DNA from: a virus
IMG/VR virus record: IMGVR_UViG_3300032286_001864
Coordinates: 1-64,000 of that record
Strand: one strand, 5' to 3'
DNA: 64,000 bases
Shown: positions 46,727 to 56,150 of the stretch, one piece after another
How positions within the stretch are numbered: position 1 is the first letter of the stretch
How the letters are laid out: every line of letters starts with the position of its first letter
Position numbers and translations under genes: made by a program
The notes under the pieces: generated by a model
Database searches by the model: none
The model's input: the letters and a program-made list of their open reading frames with translations, nothing else
What the model was told of the DNA's origin: nothing

Positions 46727-46957
46727 ATGTCTGACCAGTTGGCCCTGACTGTCGTGCAGCAGTTCGAGGTCGAGCGGATGGGCCGGGTGATCGATGCGAC
46801 CAGCGACATCGAGGCACTGCGAAAACTCAGCAAGCAACTGGTGCAGGCTTGGCACTGCCAGAAAGCGGCGACTCGCTGGGTGATGGGCCATGTCACCGGG
46901 CCGCCGATCCCTGGCCCCGATCCGTCGAGCTTCGGGGATCCTGAAGTGCTCAGCTGA
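46727..46957 (+). CDS. nblA: NblA-like phycobilisome degradation adaptor
   Basis: LTVVQQFEVERMGRVI...DIEALRKLSKQLVQAWHCQKAATRWVM; TAGCCT box 46693-46698. Confidence 0.62.
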   Translation: MSDQLALTVVQQFEVERMGRVIDATSDIEALRKLSKQLVQAWHCQKAATRWVMGHVTGPPIPGPDPSSFGDPEVLS

Positions 46958-46959
46958 GA

Positions 46960-49560
46960 TCAGGAGCCCCAGTCGGAGGGGAAGTCCCCGTCGGTGGTGC
47001 CCTTCTTGGGGGGATTGGCTAGAAACCAGATCCGCAGCCTGGTGCCGTACCTCCGGATCCGCGTGCTGGTGTAGCCGAGGCGCTTGAGCTCGTCGGTCAC
47101 GCCGGTGCTGAGCCCCGGGCGAGGGTCGATCGGGAGATCGAGCCATTTGTAGATGTCATCGAGCCTGTAGGCAGGCTGGTCCTCGTGCATGAACGAATGG
47201 TTGCGAGACAGCACGTTCTGAAGCGCACCCGTCAACGGGCTGTCGACCGTGTGGTTGTTCAGGTAGTCGTCAATGAAGCTGATTTCGTAGGAGGAGAACT
47301 CGTAGACGGGCTCATCGAGGTAGCCCTGCAGGGCAGCAGCCCAGATCCGCATGCGATCAATCTTGACCCGGTCCAGGTCGATGATCCGCACGGCGGGGTC
47401 CTGGGGACTGGGTGCTACGCCATGCACGGTGATCGGCATGAAGCGGCGGTTGCCGGACGGATCGACCAGGAAGTCACTGCTGTTGGTGCAGCCGACCAGC
47501 ACGAAGGACCGGCGGAATGTCCGCTCGTTCTCGTAGAGGCGCCTGGAGCGGTCAACCGAGACGGTGACTAGGTTCTTGAACTCTTCTGTGTACTGGCGAC
47601 GGAAGAAGCGCTCGACCTCATCAAGGTTGATGATCCAGCCGGCATGCAGGGCGTGCGGCTTCTCCTTGAGGTACGCGATCCCTTGCTGGATCGTTGGGCA
47701 CCAGGCGTAGTCGTTGCTCAGCGGGTTGGGCGGAGTCAGGTATTGGAAGAAATTCGTTTTGCCGACGTTCTGCGGACCGATCAGGATCGGCATCCAGCCC
47801 ATTGAGCAGCCTGGCTCCTTGGCCCTGGCTACGGCAGCGATCAGGAAGCGGCGCAGGATCAGATCAGCGAGCAGGCGCCCGCAGGGCATGCGCGGATTCT
47901 CTGGCCCTTCCTCGGCGACCCCAAGCAAGGTCGAGGCAAGGGTATCGAAGTACTCGATCGGCTCGTACTTGGAGCAGTCGTCGAGGAAGCGGTGAACTGG
48001 GTTGTAGCCGTTTCGTTGAGCGGAGAGGTGAATGGCGTCGTACACATGCGTCTTAGCGAAGGGCTTGTCTTCTGTTTCGGAGATCAGCAGATAAGCCTTG
48101 TCGGCGTCATCGATCAGCTTGGGCTCGTCCATGGGGCCGCACTCGAGCTGCATCGTGAGTTGGTTGAGCCGCAGCCCGGGGTAGAGGGCCTTGACCTTGG
48201 CGCGGATCCTGGACACTTCGCTGCCAGCGGGACCAGCTCCTTTGGCCGGCCGACCGCGCTTCTTCTTGCCCGGCGGCTCAGGGGGCAATGAAGCGTCGCC
48301 TGTGGGCATGGGAATCAGGAGGTCGTCTGGACTGCCCATGAACTCGGGATCGGCTTCGTCGACACCTGGAACCGCTACTGCCAGCAGAGCCGCAATGTGA
48401 GCCGGCATCTTGGGCATGTCGTCATGGACGTCAGCCGGCTCGGAAGGGGCCTCTACTGAGGATGTCTCAGAGTGAGACTCATCTACCGTTACTGGGATTC
48501 CAGCAACGGAATGTCCCGTCTCAAGCTGAGGGCTTTGAGCCGCCTGGGCCGCAGCCCATTCGAGGATGGAAGGGGTGCGGAGCTTGCCGGCCTTAGGCAG
48601 GTCGTACTCCGGATCGCTGTGGCCGAGGAAGTCCTCGTGCCGGTAGCCAGGGGGCAGCTTGGAGTCGTAGTTCCCTGAGGAACGCAGATCGTCAGGCAGG
48701 GAGTCGCGCCAGTCGGGGTCCCGCTCAGAGGCCAGGAAAAACAGGGTACCCAGCGAGGAGCGACCAGAAAAACCGCGGAAGAATCTCTCACTGGCCTGCC
48801 GGCTGTTCTTGCCGCTGCCGTGGTGCCCTCGAATCGCCCAGTCCGACCAGGCGGGAAAGAGGGGATCGCCGGCCGAGGCTGCCGCTGCCGTGATTCGCAC
48901 GAAGAGATCGCGCTCTCCGTCCGCGGTGGGGTCAAGGACGTTTTCAAGGACGTAGATCGCTTGGCCGATCGAGGTCTCGTCGTATTCGTCTGAGCGTTCC
49001 TCAAAGCTCGAGCGCTGGCTCAAGGCTTCCTTGCGAGCATCGGCGATGAAGCTCTTGGGCAGGCAGGCGCCCGACTTGCCGGACCAGTCCTGGCAGTTGC
49101 TGTTGCCGTAGTAGAGGCGGCAAGGGTCACTGCAGTTCTTGTCGCCGCCAAGGGCGCGGATCAAGGCAGTGGTAACGGCTTTGTAAAGGCCAGGGTCTGC
49201 GATCCGCTCCGGCAGGCGAAAGATGACCCGGAAGCGATGCTTGCCGGGTTCGTCCTGGTGGCTGCAGCTGGTGTAGGTCAAGCAGGCGTGCTTGGCCAGC
49301 GGATGGGCGCGGAAGTCATCAAGGTCGAGGCCGTGATCGATGTCGACAACGGCCAGGTCGGCATGGAGGAAAGCGGATGAGCTCCGGTGAGAGGAGCTCA
49401 TCGCTGCGGCGATGAAGGCATACCCCAGGTGGATCGTCTCCCGCAGGCCGTCAAGGTCAGTCTCGACGGACTGCCAGTTGTCGGCGAACTCGTCCCTCCA
49501 GGCGGAGGGCTTGTTGCGGATGCGGGTATTGAGTGAAACCGCCAGGGTTTGTGTGCTCAT
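46960..49560 (-). CDS. Primase (AEP-like + PriCT-2) fused to VapE-like helicase
   Basis: VVDID, YTSCSH, RFRVIF, DPCRLYYG; SLGTLFFLA; Walker A GPQNVGKT, Walker B INLDEVE, GCTN, DPSGNRRF. Confidence 0.9.
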   Translation of the reverse strand: MSTQTLAVSLNTRIRNKPSAWRDEFADNWQSVETDLDGLRETIHLGYAFIAAAMSSSHRSSSAFLHADLAVVDIDHGLDLDDFRAHPLAKHACLTYTSCSHQDEPGKHRFRVIFRLPERIADPGLYKAVTTALIRALGGDKNCSDPCRLYYGNSNCQDWSGKSGACLPKSFIADARKEALSQRSSFEERSDEYDETSIGQAIYVLENVLDPTADGERDLFVRITAAAASAGDPLFPAWSDWAIRGHHGSGKNSRQASERFFRGFSGRSSLGTLFFLASERDPDWRDSLPDDLRSSGNYDSKLPPGYRHEDFLGHSDPEYDLPKAGKLRTPSILEWAAAQAAQSPQLETGHSVAGIPVTVDESHSETSSVEAPSEPADVHDDMPKMPAHIAALLAVAVPGVDEADPEFMGSPDDLLIPMPTGDASLPPEPPGKKKRGRPAKGAGPAGSEVSRIRAKVKALYPGLRLNQLTMQLECGPMDEPKLIDDADKAYLLISETEDKPFAKTHVYDAIHLSAQRNGYNPVHRFLDDCSKYEPIEYFDTLASTLLGVAEEGPENPRMPCGRLLADLILRRFLIAAVARAKEPGCSMGWMPILIGPQNVGKTNFFQYLTPPNPLSNDYAWCPTIQQGIAYLKEKPHALHAGWIINLDEVERFFRRQYTEEFKNLVTVSVDRSRRLYENERTFRRSFVLVGCTNSSDFLVDPSGNRRFMPITVHGVAPSPQDPAVRIIDLDRVKIDRMRIWAAALQGYLDEPVYEFSSYEISFIDDYLNNHTVDSPLTGALQNVLSRNHSFMHEDQPAYRLDDIYKWLDLPIDPRPGLSTGVTDELKRLGYTSTRIRRYGTRLRIWFLANPPKKGTTDGDFPSDWGS

Positions 49561-50090
49561 CAGGCCTTCTTCTGGTTGCCAGCGGACGTGGTCAGGGGCC
49601 CGGAGGGCGCGGTTCCCTGGGGAACGGTTCTCCGGTAGTCGGTCGGCGTGATCGCCAGATCGAAGGGAACGCCGCGGTCAAGCCGTGAGCGGAGCGTGAT
49701 CTCGTTCACGCCCATGTGCTGGGCCCAGTCGTGGAGGGTGCGAGCTTCTCCGTTGAGCTCAAAGACACGGGCGACGCGCCCGGGACGGCGAGGCCCGGAG
49801 ATCTGGGCCCAGACGAAGTTGCCCGGGCCGCAGGGCGACTCGGGATCTGGGCAGAGGGGGCGATGGTCCTCTGGGCAGGGGCCAACGTCATCGAGGAAGG
49901 CATCGAAGGAACGGATCCAACGGAGGTCGACAGCGGGGATGGTTTTGCGGGAGTTGGGACTGCGGAGAGGGGGACGGTTCTGGATGCGTAGCCAGGCCTT
50001 GTGGGTCCGGCGGATCTCCGGAGGGGAGTCCTTGCCAGATGGCTTGAGGATTGAGCGCTTGCGGAGCTGAGGAAATGCCTTGGTTGTCAT
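49560..50090 (-). CDS. Degenerate HNH-type endonuclease fold with C-terminal HTH-like module
   Basis: RWIRSFDAFLDDVGPCP...GPGNFVWA...NGEARTLHDWA..MGV...TLRSRL; the usual DRID and GGRGI motifs are absent. Confidence 0.68.
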   Translation of the reverse strand: MTTKAFPQLRKRSILKPSGKDSPPEIRRTHKAWLRIQNRPPLRSPNSRKTIPAVDLRWIRSFDAFLDDVGPCPEDHRPLCPDPESPCGPGNFVWAQISGPRRPGRVARVFELNGEARTLHDWAQHMGVNEITLRSRLDRGVPFDLAITPTDYRRTVPQGTAPSGPLTTSAGNQKKA

Positions 50091-50280
50091 GCGTTGTGAT
50101 TGCTGTGGCAAGCGGCACAGTGCCTCAGGTGTGCCGGGCGCGCAAGCCCTGGCGACACACAAAGCCGCAAGCTGGTGCACGCACAATCTCAGGAAATGCA
50201 AAGGACTGTTAAATGCAGCAGATGTGAGGGAAGTTTTCTGTAGGAGTGGGCAAGCAATGTTAAATGTGTTGGTACAATCC

Positions 50281-50934
50281 ATGGCACCGATGAGAACCGC
50301 TTTGGAATCCGCAGGCAAGACCGCACCGCCAGAAGCGGTGACAGCCGCAGAAGCTGCGCAGACTCAGCGCTTTGCCCAGGCGCTCCGGCAAGCGATGGTT
50401 CGCAACCGGCTGAGTGAACGCAGGCTAGCGACCGAGCTGGGTATCACGATCGGCACGACCCAGAAGTACTTCCGCTTCCGTGTGCAGCCGCTCAAGGTGG
50501 CAACAGGCATCAACCGCCAGCTGGCCCGCTTGCTGGGGATCACGCTGGACGCCCTGGTGAGCTTTTACGAAACCGGAGAGTTTCGTAATGCCTTGAGCTT
50601 CGACGAAGTGGCCTCCTGGCTGCGCTCAGATGCCGGCATCGAGCATCTGGCGCCGGTCCTTGAGGCGATGAGCGATCTGAGCAAGAAGGCCACCAGCTGC
50701 GGTGGCGCGCCCGAGCTGCCGCCAGCGCGTTATACCTGGCCCTTAGAAGAGTTGGAGCAGGCCAAGGTATCGCCGGCCCTGCGGCAACGCATGGGCTTAA
50801 CAGAGGGAGCACTGGAAGCTCTAGCAACGGAAGGGGTATTTACGGACGAGCTCGTTGAGGCCTTCAGCATTGCGGTCAATCTGGATGAAGGGGCTGTCCG
50901 CGAAGCATTCGCGGCACGCACCGCTGTGTTATGA
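50281..50934 (+). CDS. XRE-family HTH regulator, putative repressor
   Basis: FAQALRQAM...LSERRLATELGITIGTTQKY; divergent from the replication operon. Confidence 0.78.
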   Translation: MAPMRTALESAGKTAPPEAVTAAEAAQTQRFAQALRQAMVRNRLSERRLATELGITIGTTQKYFRFRVQPLKVATGINRQLARLLGITLDALVSFYETGEFRNALSFDEVASWLRSDAGIEHLAPVLEAMSDLSKKATSCGGAPELPPARYTWPLEELEQAKVSPALRQRMGLTEGALEALATEGVFTDELVEAFSIAVNLDEGAVREAFAARTAVL

Positions 50935-50996
50935 GCTGGGCTCCAGCGTGGTACGCTCACATCGGTCGGAAACGAGGCCGACCAACAGAGAGGACG

Positions 50997-51026
50997 GGCG
51001 AACCCCTGAGAAGGTTCGCCTTTTTT
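50997..51026 (+). terminator. Rho-independent terminator
   Basis: GGCGAACC/GGTTCGCC stem followed by T6. Confidence 0.85.
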
Positions 51027-51074
51027 GTGCCCGGATGACCATCGCTAGACTCAGCTGAAGGTCTGACTGCTGTG

Positions 51075-51461
51075 ATGTTCAGGCGTTCAGTTGCTGAGGT
51101 GCTGTCGCGGGGGACCGCCGAGACGCTCGGGGATGCCATCCGCAGTGGCGTGATGACGGACATCGAGGGTTACCCGATGTTCTTCCGTGATGCGCCGAGC
51201 GAGGATGCGCAGCGGCGGATCACCAAGAAGTTGGGGCATCCGGAGGGGAGGACGTTCACGGCCGAGGAGCTCGAGGCGATCGCCAGAGGAGCCGGGGTGA
51301 ATGGGGAGATCAACGATGAGCTGCTCAAGGCGATGCAAGCCCTGTACGACAACCACGACCCACGGCGGATGGCAGGGGCCGCGTTGCTGGGGGCCCTGGG
51401 CGCCGGCACTGGGATTGCGCTGCTGACGCCGGGCAAGGAGGAGCGGGGGTCCCATGCCTGA
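51075..51461 (+). CDS. Hypothetical protein with C-terminal RMAG and hydrophobic tail
   Basis: TAGACT box 51046-51051; overlaps next start. Confidence 0.7.
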   Translation: MFRRSVAEVLSRGTAETLGDAIRSGVMTDIEGYPMFFRDAPSEDAQRRITKKLGHPEGRTFTAEELEAIARGAGVNGEINDELLKAMQALYDNHDPRRMAGAALLGALGAGTGIALLTPGKEERGSHA

Positions 51462-52731
51462 TTACTCGGCCGGTTGGATCACAGTTCCGGGCAAGGGGCG
51501 CAGGTGGCGTACTAGCAAAGGCGAGTACATGGCGCAGCGCCCGGCAGGTGACGCGCCTGGGGTGATGGGCGCGATTCAAGGGGCTTGGGCCGGGGCGGAT
51601 AGGGCCGTGGGCGGCTGGCTGCCCGGGGGCGGCGTAGCAAACCCCGCAAGCGGGGCGGTTCGAGGTGTCTCGAAAGCGGCCCTAGGGGGCGGTGTCCTTG
51701 CCTCGATGCCTCGTCTAGCCGTGGGTGACGCAGCGGGAATCGGGGGCTACTTTGGCATTGCGGCAGCGGCAGGTGCCCTTACCCCTGTGCTCCAGAAGAT
51801 CGCGGGGAGCGGAGGCCGGCCCTCGGTAGGAGTGCTGGGCCAACAAATGAAAGTACTGAATAGTGCGCACAAGTATCTGGGCGAGATGGGATCGGGCGTT
51901 AATCAGGGCGCGATGATCGAAGACGCAACCCGTGACGCAAAGGGGCTGGAGCCTGCTCCTCGCCCCGCCAAGGGCAAGATGATTGACTTCAGTACGGATG
52001 GCTCGCCTATCGGACCGGCCTACCAGCCAGTGGGGTCTGCTTACCTAAAAGGAAAGGTTGCAATAAATCAAGACACGCCGGCCTGGGTGCTCGCTCACGA
52101 GTTTGGCCATGCAGCTGATCACGTCAAAAGACCCGGCTCGTTCACGTCGACTGACCAATTGCAGAATATGCCAAGATCACAGCAAGAGGGATACGTGAAC
52201 AGCGCAAGGTCAAGGATGACCGGCGCGAGCGCAGGAGTTGGGACTTTGTTTGCCCGTCCCGGTGATGGGAACCGCAGCGTGCTGGAAGCCGGCGTCCAAG
52301 GAGCTCTCTTGGGCCTTGCATCCAATTGGGACACCCTGGCCAAGGAAGCAAGGGCGGACATCCATGGGATGAGGATTGCCAGGAATGCAGGCGTACCCTG
52401 GAACACGAAACAGAACCTTGCCGCCAAAGGCTCGTACGTGCTGGGCACAGCGGGTCCCGGCTTCATCCAAGGCGCCGCCGGAGAGGTAATTTCGAGGGGG
52501 GTGGATCAAGCGTCAAAGGTGTTGAAAGATGCCGTCGTCGATCCAGCGTTGCGCAACGTTCGTGGCGGCGATAGCCCCGCGGAACAGAGCTTGCGTAAGT
52601 ACGGATACAACCCCGAGCAGTATGCGCTGGGCGCCCCCTCTGACCAAGGGGAGTCTTTTGGCCGGGGGGACCTCGGGGTAAGGAAGCGCCATCCGATTGG
52701 CTCAGCGGTGATGCGAGGGTGGGCGAAATGA
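51454..52731 (+). CDS. HExxH zinc metallopeptidase-like protein, Gly/Ala-rich
   Basis: VLAHEFGHA...KEARADIHG...GSY. Confidence 0.75.
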   Translation: MPDYSAGWITVPGKGRRWRTSKGEYMAQRPAGDAPGVMGAIQGAWAGADRAVGGWLPGGGVANPASGAVRGVSKAALGGGVLASMPRLAVGDAAGIGGYFGIAAAAGALTPVLQKIAGSGGRPSVGVLGQQMKVLNSAHKYLGEMGSGVNQGAMIEDATRDAKGLEPAPRPAKGKMIDFSTDGSPIGPAYQPVGSAYLKGKVAINQDTPAWVLAHEFGHAADHVKRPGSFTSTDQLQNMPRSQQEGYVNSARSRMTGASAGVGTLFARPGDGNRSVLEAGVQGALLGLASNWDTLAKEARADIHGMRIARNAGVPWNTKQNLAAKGSYVLGTAGPGFIQGAAGEVISRGVDQASKVLKDAVVDPALRNVRGGDSPAEQSLRKYGYNPEQYALGAPSDQGESFGRGDLGVRKRHPIGSAVMRGWAK

Positions 52732-53087
52732 GCGGCATGCGAATGGCTGGTGCTGCGTTTGGAGCAGGGGCCGCGCTCGGGGCTGGAGGCCTTGCCCTGG
52801 CCCAGCACCTGATTGAGCAGGGCACGCCGACCTACGCGCGCGAGATGTCGCAAGAGGAGCATGCAAAGAACAACCTGGGCGGCCTCCGGCAGCGCCAGGG
52901 TGACATGTCGGTGAAGGACCTGGCCCTCTACGAAGGGATCCGCCAAGGGCTGATGTCCGGTGAGGTCAGCGGCGAGGAGGTGTACGGGCTCGTGAAGGGC
53001 GGGAAGCTGCCGGCGCGGGTCGTCTCCTTGCTGGGTGATGTGATCGACCTGGGCGCGTATATGCCGCCTCCAACTCCAGGAGCCTGA
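52728..53087 (+). CDS. Hypothetical protein (MSGMRMAG) with N-terminal hydrophobic segment
   Basis: ATGA overlap. Confidence 0.72.
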   Translation: MSGMRMAGAAFGAGAALGAGGLALAQHLIEQGTPTYAREMSQEEHAKNNLGGLRQRQGDMSVKDLALYEGIRQGLMSGEVSGEEVYGLVKGGKLPARVVSLLGDVIDLGAYMPPPTPGA

Positions 53088-53089
53088 CC

Positions 53090-53218
53090 ATGGCCATCCG
53101 CAAAGCCGGAGACAAGCTTGCCGCCGCCTGCTGGAAGGGCTACGAAGCCATCGGCACGAAGATCAAGGACGGCCGCCAGGTGCCGAATTGCGTGCCAGTG
53201 AAGAAGGGGCGCCGCTGA
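53090..53218 (+). CDS. 42-aa CWKGY...VPNCVP motif peptide (MAIRKAG start)
   Basis: Translated by hand: MAIRKAGDKLAAACWKGYEAIGTKIKDGRQVPNCVPVKKGRR; AGGAG RBS; below ORF-track cutoff. Confidence 0.78.
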   Translation: MAIRKAGDKLAAACWKGYEAIGTKIKDGRQVPNCVPVKKGRR

Positions 53219-53284
53219 TGGCCAGTATTCGCGAAAGAAGCACAGGTACAGCAGCCGTAGAATCACCATGACGCTCTAGCTGCC

Positions 53285-53734
53285 ATGACACCTGCCCCGT
53301 ACGCAAGAACTGCTTCGCAGTACATGAGTGCTCCAAGTGCGTCTCTTGCTGAAGCGTTGCTTGCCAGCTACTTGGAAAAAGCTAAACAGGTTGCCGCCAA
53401 TAACCCCAAAGCTCGGTTTGGTTACTACGACGAGAACGGGGTTCCTCAGTACAGCTCGAACCCTGAGTATGCGGGCTTGAATTGGCGGAATCAAACAGCA
53501 GAGGGAGGGCCTGACGTGGAAGGGAATTTGTACGACCCGAATCATCCTTCATTGCCGATGATGTGGAGTAGCGATGCACCTAGCGTGATGCGCAGAAACT
53601 TGCTGGGGATGCAGGCCACAGAAGAGTGGGATGGAGCAAGACACCTTGGAGCTGGACAGAGCAGCCTGCCCGCCCAGCGGGAACTAGAGCTTGCTTATCT
53701 TCGGCCCCTGGCTGCGGACGATTTGCCGTACTAA
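53285..53734 (+). CDS. Hypothetical protein, lower GC
   Basis: TAGAAT box 53258-53263; TAATG coupling. Confidence 0.62.
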   Translation: MTPAPYARTASQYMSAPSASLAEALLASYLEKAKQVAANNPKARFGYYDENGVPQYSSNPEYAGLNWRNQTAEGGPDVEGNLYDPNHPSLPMMWSSDAPSVMRRNLLGMQATEEWDGARHLGAGQSSLPAQRELELAYLRPLAADDLPY

Positions 53735-54018
53735 TGGCCAGCATCCGTTACGCCGGCGAAATCTTTCAGGGCTACAACCAGCCCAAGCGAACGCCTGGCG
53801 AAAACAAGAAGTTCGCCGTGCTGGTCAAGGACAACGACGGTGATCAGAAGATCGTGCGCTTTGGGGATCCATCGATGGAGAACTACCGCAATGGCCCGCA
53901 CGGCAGGGGCGGCCATGGCGATGAGGATCGTAGGGTGAATTTCAAGGCCCGCCACAACTGCAGCGAGAAGAACGACAAGACCACACCGGGGTACTGGAGT
54001 TACCACTGGAGCTGGTGA
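53734..54018 (+). CDS. Small basic protein, paralog of 15525-15845 (MASIRYAG start)
   Basis: Shared NQPKRTPG...IVRFGDPSMENYRNGP...RHNCSEK...GYWS.HWSW. Confidence 0.8.
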   Translation: MASIRYAGEIFQGYNQPKRTPGENKKFAVLVKDNDGDQKIVRFGDPSMENYRNGPHGRGGHGDEDRRVNFKARHNCSEKNDKTTPGYWSYHWSW

Positions 54019-54023
54019 GATTC

Positions 54024-54305
54024 ATGGAGAACCGCATGGCCGGCGAAAAACTGGCACTGCTGATTGCCAGGAAGTACGCGGAGGGCGACCACTTGGTCGA
54101 CGGTGGACCCGATGTCGGACTGTTCTGGGCAAGCAACATCCAGGACCCGTCGACTTTGCCCGTGCTTTCGATACAACACGCGCGAGACGTGCTGGCCGCT
54201 CGAGGGACAGAACAGAGAGGTCGTATTCACTTCACCGATTATGCCCTGCAAGGCTCAAGTGATCGATGGTCGCCGCAAGTCGGCAGCTGGCCGGAGGCAG
54301 CATGA
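54024..54305 (+). CDS. Small hypothetical protein (MENRMAG start)
   Basis: GGAG upstream, ATGA overlap downstream. Confidence 0.65.
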   Translation: MENRMAGEKLALLIARKYAEGDHLVDGGPDVGLFWASNIQDPSTLPVLSIQHARDVLAARGTEQRGRIHFTDYALQGSSDRWSPQVGSWPEAA

Positions 54306-55249
54306 CGTTTCAGATGCCCATGAACTTCAAGTACACCCGGCAGGGCCCGGATGGCTGGAAGTTCTATGGCACGCCGGGTACGCCGGCGACCACGATGGAC
54401 GCCATCATGCAGGGTCTGCGCACATCGACATTGCGCAAAGGATTGAGTCGAGGCCTTGAGCCTGGGTCCAACGTCCTGTTCACGGATAACGATGGCCGCC
54501 GCCAGCCGGCAATCGTGACCGGCAAGCGCATGGTCGATCCCTCCATGGCGGAGGAATTGTCCAGGACCGAGCGCTGGACACCGGAGTTCCTGCGCTGGTA
54601 CATGGGTCAGAACGGCCTGGACAACGGTCGGATGGAGCAGCTGCTGTACCAACTGCCAAGCCAGGGCGTGATTGCAACCCCGCGCATGGCCGGAGACGCC
54701 TTGATCGCCGCGGCTGCAGCGCCGACCGGGCCGATCTGGGCCTTTGGCGGGGCAAGAGCTACTCCGCCGGACGTGCTTGAGCTGATCTCCCAGATCGGCA
54801 AGAAGCACGCCGAGAGCGGCGGACGCATCGTCCATGGCGGAGCCCCCGGCGCAGATCGCGCTGCATCGCGGCTGGTGAGCAATCCAGAGGCGCTATCGAT
54901 TCTTCTGCCTGGTCCCAACGATCCCCGCGGGCCGGATCCTCAGTACGCCGGGGGACGCGTCTTCGATGCCACTCAGCTTCCAACTTGGGAGCGGGCTCAT
55001 GCGATCGCCAGGCAGTACGAAGACCCGTACCGTCCGGGCGGACGGAACTACAACGCTCGCAACGTGATGGTGCTGCTGGGGCCCGGGCTTGATGCACCTC
55101 GAGAGAAGCTCGTGGTCTGGTCACCGGGCGCGCAAGCCATCGGTGGCACTGGCCACGCCATCCGCACCGCCGAGGGCCACGGGATCCCGGTACGGAACCT
55201 GGCGGACCCCGCAATTCGGGCTGCCGCGGAGCAGTGGCTGAGGGCCTGA
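54302..55249 (+). CDS. ASCH-like + SLOG (DprA/Smf-like) two-domain protein
   Basis: TMDAIMQGLRTSTLR...ERW; GGARATP, HGGAPGAD, ARN, GGTGHAI...GIPVRNL. Confidence 0.78.
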   Translation: MTFQMPMNFKYTRQGPDGWKFYGTPGTPATTMDAIMQGLRTSTLRKGLSRGLEPGSNVLFTDNDGRRQPAIVTGKRMVDPSMAEELSRTERWTPEFLRWYMGQNGLDNGRMEQLLYQLPSQGVIATPRMAGDALIAAAAAPTGPIWAFGGARATPPDVLELISQIGKKHAESGGRIVHGGAPGADRAASRLVSNPEALSILLPGPNDPRGPDPQYAGGRVFDATQLPTWERAHAIARQYEDPYRPGGRNYNARNVMVLLGPGLDAPREKLVVWSPGAQAIGGTGHAIRTAEGHGIPVRNLADPAIRAAAEQWLRA

Positions 55250-55301
55250 GTCGCCCTCGTTAGCCTGGGCTGGCGCCTGACAACCAGCGAGACGGAAGCC
55301 T

Positions 55302-55628
55302 GTGTCTCACAGAATCGAAGGGTCGGAGCTGGTTTCGAAACGTGTCACCAAGAACAGCTTCAGGCGAGAGATCATCAACGCCTGGGACGGGTGCTGCGCC
55401 TACTGCGGCTGTCGGCCTGAGAAGATCACGCTCGATCATGTGGTGCCCAAGGTCAAGGCCGGGACAACGCAGAAGAGCAACCTGGTGCCAGCCTGCGCTC
55501 CATGCAACGTCTCAAAGAACCACTGCGATGTCTGGCAGTGGTACGCAGAGCAGGCGTTCTACTGCGCTGGCAAGGAGGGAGTGATCAGGGAATGGTTGGA
55601 ATCCAACGCCGCCGCGGACGGGGGTTGA
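55302..55628 (+). CDS. HNH endonuclease (McrA-like, intact motifs)
   Basis: CAYCG...TLDHVVP...NLVPACAPCNVSK. Confidence 0.9.
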   Translation: MSHRIEGSELVSKRVTKNSFRREIINAWDGCCAYCGCRPEKITLDHVVPKVKAGTTQKSNLVPACAPCNVSKNHCDVWQWYAEQAFYCAGKEGVIREWLESNAAADGG

Positions 55629-55643
55629 GCGGCTGCCTGGCGG

Positions 55644-55877
55644 TCAGAAGTAACCAGCGACGGCACCAACCGGCACGATGGGGATGCCAGCGCCGCGGAC
55701 GACCAGGCAACCGTAGTTGCCCTGACCGCAGCTGTTGTTCATGAGCTTGCCGATGTTGCGAACCCAGCCGTAGCCGCCGGCACCAAGGACTACGACAAGG
55801 ATGAGGACGAGAATGCCGGTGGAGACAGCCTCGGGGTCAAAGCCAAATGAGCGAGAGGAGTTCTTGGGGCCGTCCAT
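55644..55877 (-). CDS. Small membrane protein
   Basis: GILVLILVVVLG...GWVRNI.KL...RGAGI..VPVGAV. Confidence 0.68.
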   Translation of the reverse strand: MDGPKNSSRSFGFDPEAVSTGILVLILVVVLGAGGYGWVRNIGKLMNNSCGQGNYGCLVVRGAGIPIVPVGAVAGYF

Positions 55878-55952
55878 GAAACGTCTTGAGGTGCAGAGGT
55901 GTTCTACAGGAGCGGCGGGCAGGTTGCAAGCCGTGTCAAGCGCCAGCAACCC

Positions 55953-56150
55953 CTAGCCCCACTTGCTGGCGTTGAGAGCGAAGTTGGCCTTCTTGACCAG
56001 GCCAGGGCTGTGCTCGTCTTTGTGGGCCAGGACATGCCGGGCGTACTCCTGCACGCCCGTGCCGGCTTTGGTGGCAGAGGCGGTGAAGGATCCCTTCGTG
56101 CCGCCTTGCGACATGGCCTTCTGCATGCGCTCACCAGCGAAGCGTGTCAT
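55953..56150 (-). CDS. Small basic protein (MTRFAG start; GSFT...KKANFALNA motif)
   Basis: 65 aa; motif recalled from phage virion/cargo proteins. Confidence 0.75.
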   Translation of the reverse strand: MTRFAGERMQKAMSQGGTKGSFTASATKAGTGVQEYARHVLAHKDEHSPGLVKKANFALNASKWG

